37,895 nucleotides of DNA, taken from Candidatus Kuenenbacteria bacterium CG08_land_8_20_14_0_20_37_23 (lineage in GTDB: Bacteria; Patescibacteriota; Patescibacteriia; UBA2196; GWA2-42-15). The DNA lies in the NCBI GenBank assembly GCA_002778965.1, contig PEXX01000036.1, positions 1-37,895 on the forward strand. The letters run 5' to 3'. The notes below the pieces were generated by a model. It did not search any database, was not told the origin of the DNA, and saw nothing but the letters and a program-made list of their open reading frames with translations. Below are positions 27,314-37,390 of the stretch, in pieces (the stretch's first letter is position 1; every line of letters starts with the position of its first letter). Both the position numbers and the translations under genes were made by a program.

Positions 27314-28030
27314 TTATTTTACTAGTCCATTTTTTAAGTCTACCCTGCTTTGGACGCTACTGTCAGATTCAAGAATACCGTCTCTAATTTTAATTATTCT
27401 TTTGGCTGTATTGGCCGTATACTGTTCATGGGTTACCAAAATTATAGTTTTGCCTTTTTCATTTAAATTAACAAGAATTTCCATCACCTGCTGTCCTGAC
27501 ATGGAATCAAGATTGCCAGTCGGCTCGTCCGCAAAAATGACTTCCGGATTATTAACCAGGGCGCGCGCTATGGCAACTCTCTGCTTTTCTCCGCCGGACA
27601 ATTGGTTTGAAAAATGATCCAACCGATGCTCAAGTCCGACTGATTTCAGGGCTTTCATTGCCGCCGATGCTTTGTCTCGGGCGCCATTATATTCCAATGG
27701 CAAAATAACATTATTTAAGACAGTCGTGCGCGCCAAAAGATTGAATGACTGGAAAACAAAACCAATTTTTTTATTGCGCAATTCGGCCAATTTATTGTCA
27801 TCAAATTCATTTATATTTTGGCCTTCAAACAAATATTCTCCGCTAGTGGATCTGTCTAGAAAACTCAAGATATGCACCAATGTAGACTTGCCAGACCCGG
27901 AAGGACCCATAATAGCTACAAAATCGCCTTTGTCTATCTCAAAACTCACGCCATGCAAAACCTTGGTTATGACTTCACCCGTTTCAAACTGTTTTTTTAT
28001 ATTCTTAATTTTTATTAAAACATCTTCCAT
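27314..28030 (-). CDS. ABC ATP-binding protein, MacB/LolD-like
   Basis: [30 protein letters not shown]. Confidence 0.95.
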   Translation of the reverse strand: MEDVLIKIKNIKKQFETGEVITKVLHGVSFEIDKGDFVAIMGPSGSGKSTLVHILSFLDRSTSGEYLFEGQNINEFDDNKLAELRNKKIGFVFQSFNLLARTTVLNNVILPLEYNGARDKASAAMKALKSVGLEHRLDHFSNQLSGGEKQRVAIARALVNNPEVIFADEPTGNLDSMSGQQVMEILVNLNEKGKTIILVTHEQYTANTAKRIIKIRDGILESDSSVQSRVDLKNGLVK

Positions 28031-28048
28031 GTTAATGATAACTGATAA

Positions 28049-29701
28049 TTACTTTTGTTTGTCATTGACAAATGTTATCACCGTATCTCCTTTTTCCAAT
28101 CCGTTCAAAATTTCTATATAATCATCGCCCCTTAAACCGACAGTAATATTTTTTTCTTCCTGCGTTTTGTCAGCGCGTAAAACAGTAACAATTTTATCGC
28201 CGTTTTTCTGTTTAACCGCTCGCAATGGCACGCGCAGAACGTTTTCTTTCTTATCAGTTTCAATGACAGTGTTGGCGGTCATGCCATGCTTGATTCCTTG
28301 CACGTCATCTTTAAAGTGCACCTTAACTTGGTAATAAACAACATCCTGAATAATAGTTTCCGCGGGGTCCACAAAAATTACGAAGCCTGGGAATACGTTG
28401 TCATCGCCAAAAGAATCAAGCGTTATATCAGCCATCTGGCCGATTCTAATTTTAGCAATATCAGATTCAGGAATATTCACATCTATTTCCAGTTTAGCTT
28501 CACCGATCATTTCTACCACAGCTAATGCCAAAGAAGTTTGTTCGCCGACTTTGTTATTAATTTTGATGACTACTCCGTTAACTGGCGCCTTGATAATCGC
28601 GTCTGATAATTTTGATTGCGCCAAAACAAGGTTGGCTTCGGTTTTTGCTATTTTCGCATTATACGCGTCTATCTCATAGTCTTCAGGCTCGGCCGTTTTG
28701 AATTCTAATTGCGCTTTCGCCAAATCAAACGCATCCCCGGCAGCGTCGACAGCATCTCTAGCTTTCAGAATTTGTTCATTATAATAGACCTGTTTATTCG
28801 TCCAGTTTGATTGGCTGGCATAAATATTATTCCTAGCCGTGGAAATCTTCACTTGCTCGCTTTGTATGCCGGTTATCAAAGCGTCAAGTTCAGTTTGTGT
28901 TAGATTATTGGAAATGATCGTATTTTCCAAAACAAAAAAAACTGAAGAAAGGCACTCTCTTGTCTTTTCAAGCGCGTTCTTTACCACTTCAATGGCATTT
29001 AACGTTTGTTCATCGCTTGAGCCTTCATCAACCGCTTTGATTAATATTTTTGCCTCATTGATAATATCACCGGCTTCGCTCTGGCTTTCTTGCGCTAGCG
29101 GAACTGACATACTGTCAAGCACGCCAAGAGTATATCCAGCGTCTTCGTTATTTAAAGTATTGTCAACAACTTCCATGGCAGTCTCGGCGACTATCAATTC
29201 ATTATTGAGATCAACAATCGCAGTGTTTTTTAAATTTTTGAGTTCCACAAGAGATTTTGATATAAGACTTTCAAGATCATTTCTTTTAGCGCCAAAATCC
29301 CCGCCTTTTTGTTCCACTGTTATCTCTGAAATGCGAATATCTCCCTCTGTTGCACCTGCTAATAATTTTTTGAGGTTAGCTTGTGCCTCTATTAAAACGC
29401 TTTCAGCGTCTTTAACTTGGCTGTGCAACGCGCCAGCTTCAAGTACGGCGAGAACTTGCCCGGCCTTGACTTGCTCGCCTTCACTTACATTAATTGATTC
29501 TATCCTGCCGGTTGTTCTGAAATTCAATTCAATATCTTCGGCAGCTACAACAGAGCCGGTCGCATCTACATTCTTGGCTACTGCGCCGATATCAACGAAA
29601 GCCGTCACAAATTCAGACTGGTCTTTATTTCTGTCAGCAAAAACTAAAATAATGCCTCCTAAAATAACCACTGCAATAATTACATAAACAATTTTCTTCA
29701 T
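28049..29701 (-). CDS. Membrane-fusion / periplasmic adaptor protein (MacA/HlyD-like) with long helical hairpin
   Basis: GRIESINVSEGEQVKAGQVL and IKAPVNGVV lipoyl halves, PESDI, GMTA, GLEKGD. Confidence 0.9.
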   Translation of the reverse strand: MKKIVYVIIAVVILGGIILVFADRNKDQSEFVTAFVDIGAVAKNVDATGSVVAAEDIELNFRTTGRIESINVSEGEQVKAGQVLAVLEAGALHSQVKDAESVLIEAQANLKKLLAGATEGDIRISEITVEQKGGDFGAKRNDLESLISKSLVELKNLKNTAIVDLNNELIVAETAMEVVDNTLNNEDAGYTLGVLDSMSVPLAQESQSEAGDIINEAKILIKAVDEGSSDEQTLNAIEVVKNALEKTRECLSSVFFVLENTIISNNLTQTELDALITGIQSEQVKISTARNNIYASQSNWTNKQVYYNEQILKARDAVDAAGDAFDLAKAQLEFKTAEPEDYEIDAYNAKIAKTEANLVLAQSKLSDAIIKAPVNGVVIKINNKVGEQTSLALAVVEMIGEAKLEIDVNIPESDIAKIRIGQMADITLDSFGDDNVFPGFVIFVDPAETIIQDVVYYQVKVHFKDDVQGIKHGMTANTVIETDKKENVLRVPLRAVKQKNGDKIVTVLRADKTQEEKNITVGLRGDDYIEILNGLEKGDTVITFVNDKQK

Positions 29702-29742
29702 ACAAATAAATTGTTAAATTAAACCGTTAAATTGTTAAAAAA

Positions 29743-30516
29743 TTACAATTTGATATTTTGAACTATCTTCATAAAACTGTCGACTTTAAGACTGTTATTT
29801 CCGACTATGACTCCGGTTAAAATATTGCCAATAATAAAATCGTTAATATTTTTCTCATCAACGCTCCCGCCATAAATCACCTGAAATTTATCCGCAAAAC
29901 TCTGGTCAAGATCAATTGTCGTATGAATAATAATTTGTATTATGTATTCAACTATATTATGCCTGATTGCCTGTCCGGAGCCAATCACCCATACTGGTTC
30001 GTAGGCGATCACAATCCGCTGATTTTCTTTAAGTTTGATGTCTTCAAGCGCCTTCGTTACTTGGTCAATAATTATTACCTCTGTTTTTTTATCATGATAT
30101 TCGTCAAACGTCTCTCCAACGCACACAATTGGAACAAGTTCATTATCCAGCGCGGCTTTGATTTTTTGGTGAACATCCTCATTTGTATCTTTGCCGTACT
30201 TTCGAAATTCAGAATGTCCAATAATAGCATACTCTGCACCGAGCTCATGAGCCACTGCCGGCGAAATCTGTCCCGTGTATGAACCAGTATTATGATAAAA
30301 AATATTTTGCACTCCGAGTTTTATGGGGCTTCTATCAACGATTTTGCCGACCTCGGCCAAAGAAATATGTGAAGGGCAAATAATCATCTCAATATTTCTC
30401 TCATTTAAATACATCCCCGCGAATCTGTCAACTATTTCTTCAGCCAGATTTATACTCTCTCTGTTGGAAAGTTTCATCTTCCAGTTCGCTACTATAAGTC
30501 TTTTTTTATGATTCAT
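29743..30516 (-). CDS. tpiA: Triosephosphate isomerase
   Basis: ANWKM, GSYTGQIS, IGHSE, AYEPVWVIG, YGGSV. Confidence 0.93.
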   Translation of the reverse strand: MNHKKRLIVANWKMKLSNRESINLAEEIVDRFAGMYLNERNIEMIICPSHISLAEVGKIVDRSPIKLGVQNIFYHNTGSYTGQISPAVAHELGAEYAIIGHSEFRKYGKDTNEDVHQKIKAALDNELVPIVCVGETFDEYHDKKTEVIIIDQVTKALEDIKLKENQRIVIAYEPVWVIGSGQAIRHNIVEYIIQIIIHTTIDLDQSFADKFQVIYGGSVDEKNINDFIIGNILTGVIVGNNSLKVDSFMKIVQNIKL

Positions 30517-30588
30517 ATTTTTAAATAAACAAATGAATAAAAAAATAAATTTATATAAAATAATTTAATGGCAATACGCCGTAAAAGA

Positions 30589-31074
30589 TTAAAACGCTAA
30601 TATATAAATTCCTAAACTGGTAAAACTGACTATTGCCGCCGCTATTATAGCTCCAATGCTTACCAATATAAAAGATTTTTTTTTCTCTATGCCAAAAAGC
30701 CACGCAGCGATTGATCCTGTCCATATGCCAGTTGTCGGCAATGGTATGGCGATAAACAGCACCAAGGCTAAATCTCCAAAACGTTGATATTTGTCATAAA
30801 ATTTATTTCTTGTTCTTAAAAATATCCAATTGAAAAATTTCCTAAAAAATTCTGATTTTGAAAATAAATAAGATGCCAAAGGATTTATCAAAACTATAAT
30901 CAAAAAGCCAATGCTCAAATTACCCAAAAGCGACCAGAACAACGCAGACGATATCGGCAAGCCATAGACAAATAAACCCATTGGAATTGAAACCCTCACT
31001 TCGGCGATCGGCAGCATTGCCATAATGAACGTTGCCAATTCGCCCGGCAAATTATTTAAAAAAGAAAAATTCAT
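30589..31074 (-). CDS. Small multi-drug export family membrane protein
   Basis: AMLPIAEVRVSIP, LFIAIPLPTTGIWTG. Confidence 0.85.
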   Translation of the reverse strand: MNFSFLNNLPGELATFIMAMLPIAEVRVSIPMGLFVYGLPISSALFWSLLGNLSIGFLIIVLINPLASYLFSKSEFFRKFFNWIFLRTRNKFYDKYQRFGDLALVLFIAIPLPTTGIWTGSIAAWLFGIEKKKSFILVSIGAIIAAAIVSFTSLGIYILAF

Positions 31075-31107
31075 AAATTCATAAAAAATTTACAAAAAAC
31101 TAACTAA

Positions 31108-31980
31108 TTATTCCCACTGCCAATTGTCCAAAATCCACTGTCCAAGAAACTTGTTGTCCTGGAATCTCTCGTCATTTGATTTAGCTCCAAGAATCACAAT
31201 AATAATTCCATCTGTAACTTGATCGTTTTTTATCAAATTAACAAGACAGTATCCAGCCTCTTCAATATATCCTGTCTTGCCTCCAATGGGTTTCAAATAG
31301 CTTCCCAAGAGCTCATTTGTATTTTTAATATAATGTTTATTTCCGCCAACAGCTTGAAATGCATAGCTTGCGGATGATAAAGCATCCACTATTTCTTTTA
31401 TTCCCATGGCATAATTGAGCATCATCGCCACATCTTTCGCGGTTGACATGTTGCCCGGGTCAATGCCTGTTGGTTCAACAAATATACTATTCTTCATGCC
31501 TATTTCTCGCGCTCGGCTGTTCATTCTTGCTATAAATTCTTGATACCCAAGCCGCGTAGCATGAGCCAACTCATAAGCGGCATTATTGGCAGAACCAATC
31601 AGCGCTGTATTTAAAATATCTTTGAGTTTAACAATCTCGCCCGACAAAAGCTGGATCTTACCGCCATTTGCCTTGTCGTCTTGCGTTATTTGTACTGATT
31701 TATCTAAATCAGGATTTTGTTCAAAAAAAACAATGGCTGTCATTAGCTTTGTCAGACTCGCAATTGATCTAGCTTTGTATGCTTCTTTTTCGTACAATAT
31801 TTTTTTAGAAGCCACATCAAAAACAATGGCGCTTTCAGCTCCAATCACAGGCCTAAAGCTGTTTGTTAATCTTCTTTTGGGAAATCCAAAATCTGAATTC
31901 TGGCTTACGCTCAAAATAATCCCACTAATGGGTCCTATCAATTGCGACGCAATTATCAAGCTTACAAAAAAATTAAACAT
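31108..31980 (-). CDS. S11 D-Ala-D-Ala carboxypeptidase/endopeptidase
   Basis: SLTK, SAN and KTG motifs. Confidence 0.92.
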   Translation of the reverse strand: MFNFFVSLIIASQLIGPISGIILSVSQNSDFGFPKRRLTNSFRPVIGAESAIVFDVASKKILYEKEAYKARSIASLTKLMTAIVFFEQNPDLDKSVQITQDDKANGGKIQLLSGEIVKLKDILNTALIGSANNAAYELAHATRLGYQEFIARMNSRAREIGMKNSIFVEPTGIDPGNMSTAKDVAMMLNYAMGIKEIVDALSSASYAFQAVGGNKHYIKNTNELLGSYLKPIGGKTGYIEEAGYCLVNLIKNDQVTDGIIIVILGAKSNDERFQDNKFLGQWILDNWQWE

Positions 31981-32048
31981 AAAAAGTATCTAACACCTAA
32001 AAACATCTGCTCTTTTGTTTCCACGCGGTTCAAGATTATTGTTGAAAT

Positions 32049-32606
32049 TTATGATTTTAGACCACCATCAGTTTTAAGTTCATCTAATACTTCAGATATT
32101 TCTTCTCTTCTTGACAACTCTTCATACGTTGGCAACTCTTTAACTGATTTTATCCCAAGATGCTTAATAAATTCCATGCTAAGAGCATATATATTGTTGT
32201 CAATTATTTTATCTTCTTTAACATCAATTAAGCCTTTTATCAAAAGATTTCTGATAATCAAACTACAGTTTACTCCGCGGATAGTCTCCAAATCAAGCTT
32301 GCTTATAGGCCCGCGATAAGCGATCACGGCCAAAGCCTCTAACTGCGGACGAGTGAGTTCGCAACTGATTTCTTCTTTTAAAAATTCCGCAAGCAAATCT
32401 GAATTGGCTTCGCTTGAAACCATTTGCACTTCGTCGTTATTAATTAAAATATTAATCCCGTTTTCGGCGTTATTATATTTATTTTTCAGACTTTCAAACA
32501 CAATCTCTATTTCGTCTTTTGAGCGTCCGCAAAGCTTGGCAATCTGTTTTAATTTTATGGGTTTGTCTGCAGCGAACAGGATTGATTCTATTTGTGATGA
32601 TAGCAT
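32049..32606 (-). CDS. scpB: SMC-ScpAB subunit ScpB
   Basis: IESILFA, LEALAVIAYRGPISK..IRGVN, ELP. Confidence 0.95.
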   Translation of the reverse strand: MLSSQIESILFAADKPIKLKQIAKLCGRSKDEIEIVFESLKNKYNNAENGINILINNDEVQMVSSEANSDLLAEFLKEEISCELTRPQLEALAVIAYRGPISKLDLETIRGVNCSLIIRNLLIKGLIDVKEDKIIDNNIYALSMEFIKHLGIKSVKELPTYEELSRREEISEVLDELKTDGGLKS

Positions 32607-32619
32607 AATATTGAATTCA

Positions 32620-33339
32620 TTATTCTTCTTTTTGCGCCAATATGTTTTCTTGACTTAAAAATATCCGCATCTCTCCAAAATTTTGTAATTGTTCAATATA
32701 GATATACCTCTGTTTGGCCAGCTCCAGCACGCTTAAAAAAGCAACTATGATCTCGGGCTTGCTTTGAAATTCTTTTATTACATCGCTAAAATTCAAAATT
32801 TTTTTTGCAAAAAGCATATCTTTAATCTGTTTAATTTTTTGTTTGATTGATATTATATTATTGAGAATGTGCGTTTCTATTTTCTTTCTTGGTTGTATAG
32901 AATTCAATATTTCAATAAAAATTTTTTTGAGATTTTGCGAATTCAACCGCAAAAATAACTCAAATTGGATATTCTTGGGCCGCTTTATTACTGGTCTTCC
33001 GTATAAATATTTTTTTTTATCTAAAATTTCGGCAATTACAAAGCTGGCGTCATAATATTTTTTATACAGCTTGAGTTGTTCGGCTAAATTGCCCCCTTCC
33101 TCGCGTTCCATGCCCAAACCAGGCAATAAAACACGTGATTTAATATATAAAAGCCGCGAAGCAATTACCAAAAAATCAGCTATAAATTCAGGATTTCTTA
33201 CTTCAATCGCGTCTAAATAACCAATATATTGTTCGGCAACCTCAGCTAAAGCAATTTCAGTAATATCAAGTTTGTCTGTTTCAATTAATTGTAACAGTAA
33301 ATCCAATGGCCCTTCAAATTTTTCAAGTTTTAGCTTCAT
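32620..33339 (-). CDS. scpA: SMC kleisin subunit ScpA
   Basis: FEGPLDLLLQLI, FLVIASRLLYIKSRVLLP, FLSVLEL. Confidence 0.95.
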   Translation of the reverse strand: MKLKLEKFEGPLDLLLQLIETDKLDITEIALAEVAEQYIGYLDAIEVRNPEFIADFLVIASRLLYIKSRVLLPGLGMEREEGGNLAEQLKLYKKYYDASFVIAEILDKKKYLYGRPVIKRPKNIQFELFLRLNSQNLKKIFIEILNSIQPRKKIETHILNNIISIKQKIKQIKDMLFAKKILNFSDVIKEFQSKPEIIVAFLSVLELAKQRYIYIEQLQNFGEMRIFLSQENILAQKEE

Positions 33340-33626
33340 GCCCTGTCTGTTACATTTTGATTATAATCAATTTCCAGTTTAATTCCGCCAAATTCTTTGG
33401 CAACTGAATTATAAACGAATCCGAAAACCAACCCGACGATAAACCCTAAAACAGACGCGCCTAATGGAAAAAACAAAACCGCTAAAAATTGCGGGCTGAG
33501 ATTTTCTCGGTTGCCAATAAAAGCCGCCGTAGCAAAAATCATTGGTATAATGCCAATCAATCCATAAAAAATTCCAGCAAATTTAGCCATACCCCAAATA
33601 TCTATTTTTTTTATTTCATATTTCAT
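33336..33626 (-). CDS. Small membrane protein (DUF3566-like)
   Basis: MKYEIKKIDIWGMAK...YNSVAKEFGGIKLE, two TM helices. ATG 33626 is preferred. Confidence 0.65.
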   Translation of the reverse strand: MKYEIKKIDIWGMAKFAGIFYGLIGIIPMIFATAAFIGNRENLSPQFLAVLFFPLGASVLGFIVGLVFGFVYNSVAKEFGGIKLEIDYNQNVTDRA

Positions 33627-33691
33627 AGTTTGAGCGTTAAATAATTGAAGTGAAACTGTCTGCCTATCAACTAGATTAAGTAGCACTTACT

Positions 33692-34273
33692 TTAATTTTC
33701 AACTTTCTTCTTCTGGATAAAAACGGCCAGAGTTGTCAATATTAATGCTAAAAAAACAAGAATGATATATATTGCCGCGTTTTTATACTGATTAACGACA
33801 TATTTACCGACCTCGCCAATAAGATGCAGTAAAAACCAAATTGAAGCTGCCATATAGCCCCAAACAACAACAAACCAATTCTCATTGCGTTTTTTTAGAT
33901 TTAGCCAATAATAGAGCAAAAACATAAGAAGAAATATTGGCAAAACAAAAGCACTGTGAATCAATAGCTTATACATCTTATATTCTGAAGATTGCTTGCG
34001 CGGATAGTAAATGTTCGTTCCTGATAAGTTTGACTTCTCAATAATGAGATCATCTGTAGACCGCATATAGTAATCAGCGCTCATGCCGCGTGAAATGGTT
34101 GATTCAATCATCGGGTTAGCGGCTCTGTTTAAATCAAACATTATTCTTTCTCCGAGAATAATTATTACCACAGCGAGAATGACGGTCAGCAGCACGCCAA
34201 GAAAAGAAACCCTGCGCTTTGTTTTAAATTCCAGTTTAGAAACACTTGTTTCTGTTGGCAAAATGTTTGGCAT
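33692..34273 (-). CDS. Hypothetical membrane protein (about 4 TM)
   Basis: 193-aa ORF in operon context with hydrophobic helices. Confidence 0.75.
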   Translation of the reverse strand: MPNILPTETSVSKLEFKTKRRVSFLGVLLTVILAVVIIILGERIMFDLNRAANPMIESTISRGMSADYYMRSTDDLIIEKSNLSGTNIYYPRKQSSEYKMYKLLIHSAFVLPIFLLMFLLYYWLNLKKRNENWFVVVWGYMAASIWFLLHLIGEVGKYVVNQYKNAAIYIILVFLALILTTLAVFIQKKKVEN

Positions 34274-34307
34274 ATGTTTACAAATTAATTTTTAAATTTT
34301 AATAATA

Positions 34308-35450
34308 TTATTCTTTTCTAATTCCATTAACAATAACGAGTATTAATAAAATAAAAAATATCACTCCGCCAATCACTATTACCCAAATAAATCCGACAAA
34401 ACTATTATCTCTGCTTCCGGGAGCATTCACTGTTTCATTATCGTCAGCGACTCTTAAATATAAATCACTGGTCATTTCTGCTCTCGTCATGCGCCGATAA
34501 AGTTTGGTCAAAAAATATTGATTCTTTTTCGGCGTGAACCACGCATCTCCATTATCATTGTAAGCTAAATTTTCTATGGTATCTTTATTGATCCAGCCGG
34601 CGAATAATGTATCAAATTTAGGCAAGCTCTGTTTATTGTCTGTAATCACATAAAGCAATATTCCTATATTCTCATCTAGATAATAAGGCCTAGATGACCT
34701 GCCCTGTTCAGGCACTGGCAGAGGCATTGCGATTTCATTTATATCTTCAACAATCAAATCGTTGTCATTGTTGCCAACTGGTATTTCATGCGTTAACGCA
34801 TTGTCAGTAATTGAAGAAATTCTCAAAGGATAAACGATCTTATCGGTTTGGAAATCAAGCCGCAAAGGTATGGCATGCCCATAGCGCAATTGCCTCTTAA
34901 TGTTGTCCGCTAAATAGCCATCATCTATTTTTACCGCAGTAAAATACCACGAATTTTGAATGTAACTTTCAAGAATGTATCTACCAAATTCAGGATAATT
35001 GTAGCCGTTTTTATTAAGCCATTTAATCAGAGCCTTTGAATCATCGGCAGTCAAAACAGTAACATCATAATATTCCACCTGTTTTGATTCAATTACTTCC
35101 ACTCCATCATCCATTATATTCTGCGCATAGTCGAAATCTATGCCTAGCGCTCTCTTGTCGTTTGGCACAATGCGTGTCAATTCATCAAGCGCGGTAAAAA
35201 GTTCATCTGACGATTTCGTCACTCCTGGCCGCGCCGGCGTTGGAATAATCCAAGCAAAATTTTCCGCATCGGCTTGAAACATTACTGATAATACCAATGT
35301 TTCATTGCCACCATCATGAAAAATAACTGCTTTTTGGTCTGTCTCCAATACATATCTGTCAGGCGGAGCGATCATCATTCCATCAGCCAAAACAAAAGTC
35401 GGCAGAAGCAACATAACAAGCGAGAGGATGAAAATATTTTTTTTTAGCAT
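34308..35450 (-). CDS. DUF2330 domain protein with C-terminal TM anchor
   Basis: QKAVI, FAWIIPTP, YDVTVL, WLNKNGY, YFTAVK, PLRLDF, YPLRIS. Confidence 0.85.
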   Translation of the reverse strand: MLKKNIFILSLVMLLLPTFVLADGMMIAPPDRYVLETDQKAVIFHDGGNETLVLSVMFQADAENFAWIIPTPARPGVTKSSDELFTALDELTRIVPNDKRALGIDFDYAQNIMDDGVEVIESKQVEYYDVTVLTADDSKALIKWLNKNGYNYPEFGRYILESYIQNSWYFTAVKIDDGYLADNIKRQLRYGHAIPLRLDFQTDKIVYPLRISSITDNALTHEIPVGNNDNDLIVEDINEIAMPLPVPEQGRSSRPYYLDENIGILLYVITDNKQSLPKFDTLFAGWINKDTIENLAYNDNGDAWFTPKKNQYFLTKLYRRMTRAEMTSDLYLRVADDNETVNAPGSRDNSFVGFIWVIVIGGVIFFILLILVIVNGIRKE

Positions 35451-35481
35451 ATGATCGATTGATAAATTATTAAAATAAAAA

Positions 35482-36075
35482 TTATTTTTTCTTTATCTTT
35501 ATTTTTTTTAATTTTTTAGATACTGAAAAATTTCCGCTCATTGATTTTTCAAGTTGAACAAAGTTTTTTGCTTCCATTTTGATGCTTTCTGTAAATGAAC
35601 CGCCAGAAAACACATTTTCACCCTTTACTGCTTTGTCAATAAAAGTCGGTAATTTGTAAACCGAACCAAAGGCTGTCATTGCGCCAGGTCTAATTTTTAA
35701 TTTTTCCTTCATTGCTTTTTCTTTCGGAATAGTCGCTTTTGTAACTTTATTATAAATATCCAAAATTGGTTTCTTTTTATTTTCTGGTTTTCGCAATCTC
35801 AATTTTTTATTCAACTCAACCGCATGCATGCTGACTGTTTTAGTTAATTTTTTTAAATCAATATTTTTATCAGCCGGCACTATTGCAATGGCATATGGCT
35901 TTTCACCGGTAATAAAGGGTTTATTGAATTTCACAAGCAAATTTTTGGCGATTTGTCTAAGTTTGATGTGCATTGTTTGAGCAGCATCATATGCGGTGTA
36001 AACTGTTTTGTGTTTAATAACTTCATATTTCATCTGACTTTGGTCAAGATATTTTTGTAATTTTTTTGGAAGCAT
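35482..36075 (-). CDS. YbaK/EbsC family aminoacyl-tRNA deacylase-like protein
   Basis: HKTVYTAYDAA, IAKNLLVK, PGAMTAFG, GGSFTESIKM. Confidence 0.85.
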   Translation of the reverse strand: MLPKKLQKYLDQSQMKYEVIKHKTVYTAYDAAQTMHIKLRQIAKNLLVKFNKPFITGEKPYAIAIVPADKNIDLKKLTKTVSMHAVELNKKLRLRKPENKKKPILDIYNKVTKATIPKEKAMKEKLKIRPGAMTAFGSVYKLPTFIDKAVKGENVFSGGSFTESIKMEAKNFVQLEKSMSGNFSVSKKLKKIKIKKK

Positions 36076-36173
36076 ATGAGTATTTTTTAACTTTTAATTT
36101 ATCTATATAAAAATATATTACTTTAACAAAAAAAGTAATTCCAACTATTTCGCGTGAATTTATTAAAAACAAT

Positions 36174-36329
36174 CTAGAGAGCTAGGAGCACTATAATCAC
36201 TGCAACTGCTATAACAGCAATAACCCAGCACCATTTTTTATCACGCCCGCATACGCGCTTTTTTTCATCCGCCTGCGGAGCCTGCGGTGTTTGCGGCTCA
36301 ACCGTTGTTTCTTGTTTTTGTTCTTCCAT
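36174..36329 (-). CDS. 51-aa tail-anchored small membrane protein (not in the ORF track)
   Basis: MEEQKQETTVEPQTPQAPQADEKKRVCGRDKKWCWVIAVIAVAVIIVLLAL*; AAGGA upstream of the ATG. Confidence 0.7.
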   Translation of the reverse strand: MEEQKQETTVEPQTPQAPQADEKKRVCGRDKKWCWVIAVIAVAVIIVLLAL

Positions 36330-36380
36330 TGTATATTCCTTAATTAGTAAATTTTTATTTCCAACTGTTTTATAACCAGT

Positions 36381-36692
36381 TTATTTTTTTATCTTTTTCA
36401 ACGGCAATCTCATCTGCTCGCCCTGAAGTTTAAAAGCTAATTTCTTGCCCTTGATGGTCAATCGTATTTCACGAATAAACCACTTGTGCGGCGTGCGCAC
36501 GCCATAGCCAATCAAAAACTCTCTGTTAATAAGTCGCTCTATGCTCTGCGTAATAATTTTAGTAATTTGCCTTAAAGTTGGTCTTATGTTTCTTTTATGA
36601 TAAAAATTAGCCAAAATATGGCGATTTATACGATTGCCTTTGATATATAAACATTCAAGTAATATATACTTTTGTAGCGCCGATAGCTTCAT
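36381..36692 (-). CDS. Small basic hypothetical protein, winged-helix-like
   Basis: LSALQKYIL...SIERLINREFL...LTIKGKK pattern; TGATATAAT -10 upstream on the minus strand. Confidence 0.65.
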   Translation of the reverse strand: MKLSALQKYILLECLYIKGNRINRHILANFYHKRNIRPTLRQITKIITQSIERLINREFLIGYGVRTPHKWFIREIRLTIKGKKLAFKLQGEQMRLPLKKIKK

Positions 36693-36874
36693 ATTTTCTA
36701 ACCTTCATCCCGCCAGTAAACCACCAGCCCGTCTCTGCCATTCTATTATATCAAGAAAACAAAAAAATACAAAAAATTAGCATTAAATAATTGAATGGAA
36801 AATAAGCATTAACAAAATCAAACAAAAAATAATAAATTCTATAAACCAATCATCTCTAGAAACTAATCATTTCT

Positions 36875-37180
36875 TCACAATTCTTCTTTTATTTCTTTGA
36901 TAGCTTTTTTTACATTTAAGAAAAAACGGTGCTCATCTAATCTTGGATATATTGAATTCCCTGGTCCATTATGAGGCTTAAAATCCCGTGCAGATTGATT
37001 TTCAAATTTATTATGAAGTTCAGAATCATCTACACTTTTTGTTAATTCATTTTCTAATGTGGTGAGAAAAGATATTTTAACTTTTGAATCTAAAACTGAA
37101 TCTAAAATTGGTAAATGCTTACAAATTATTTCTTTTATTTTTTCTATAACTTCAGTTTCTTTTTTTTTTATCTTTTTCAC
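36875..37180 (-). CDS. Hypothetical protein (may be the 3' part of a frameshifted gene starting at 37297)
   Basis: 101-aa ORF with a GTG start; very AT-rich. Confidence 0.5.
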   Translation of the reverse strand: MKKIKKKETEVIEKIKEIICKHLPILDSVLDSKVKISFLTTLENELTKSVDDSELHNKFENQSARDFKPHNGPGNSIYPRLDEHRFFLNVKKAIKEIKEEL

Positions 37181-37390
37181 CTCTTGTTATTATTTTTGTT
37201 TGACCAGCAATAAATAAATCATAAATATCATCAATTATTTTTTATAACTATCGGGACCAATATATTCTATTGAAAGTCCATTTTTTGTTTCTTTCATATG
37301 TTTTTATATAAATTAATATTTTCAAAACACTTTATTAGCGCGCAATCGCGGTTGTCGACCTTTTGGCCTTGGGTATTATAAAAATTTATT

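Noticed and set aside
24726..29687. Long antisense ORFs such as 24726-25283, 27672-28121 and 28839-29687
   Set aside because: Shadow frames opposite well-conserved genes; Ser/Ile/Thr-rich and without motifs.
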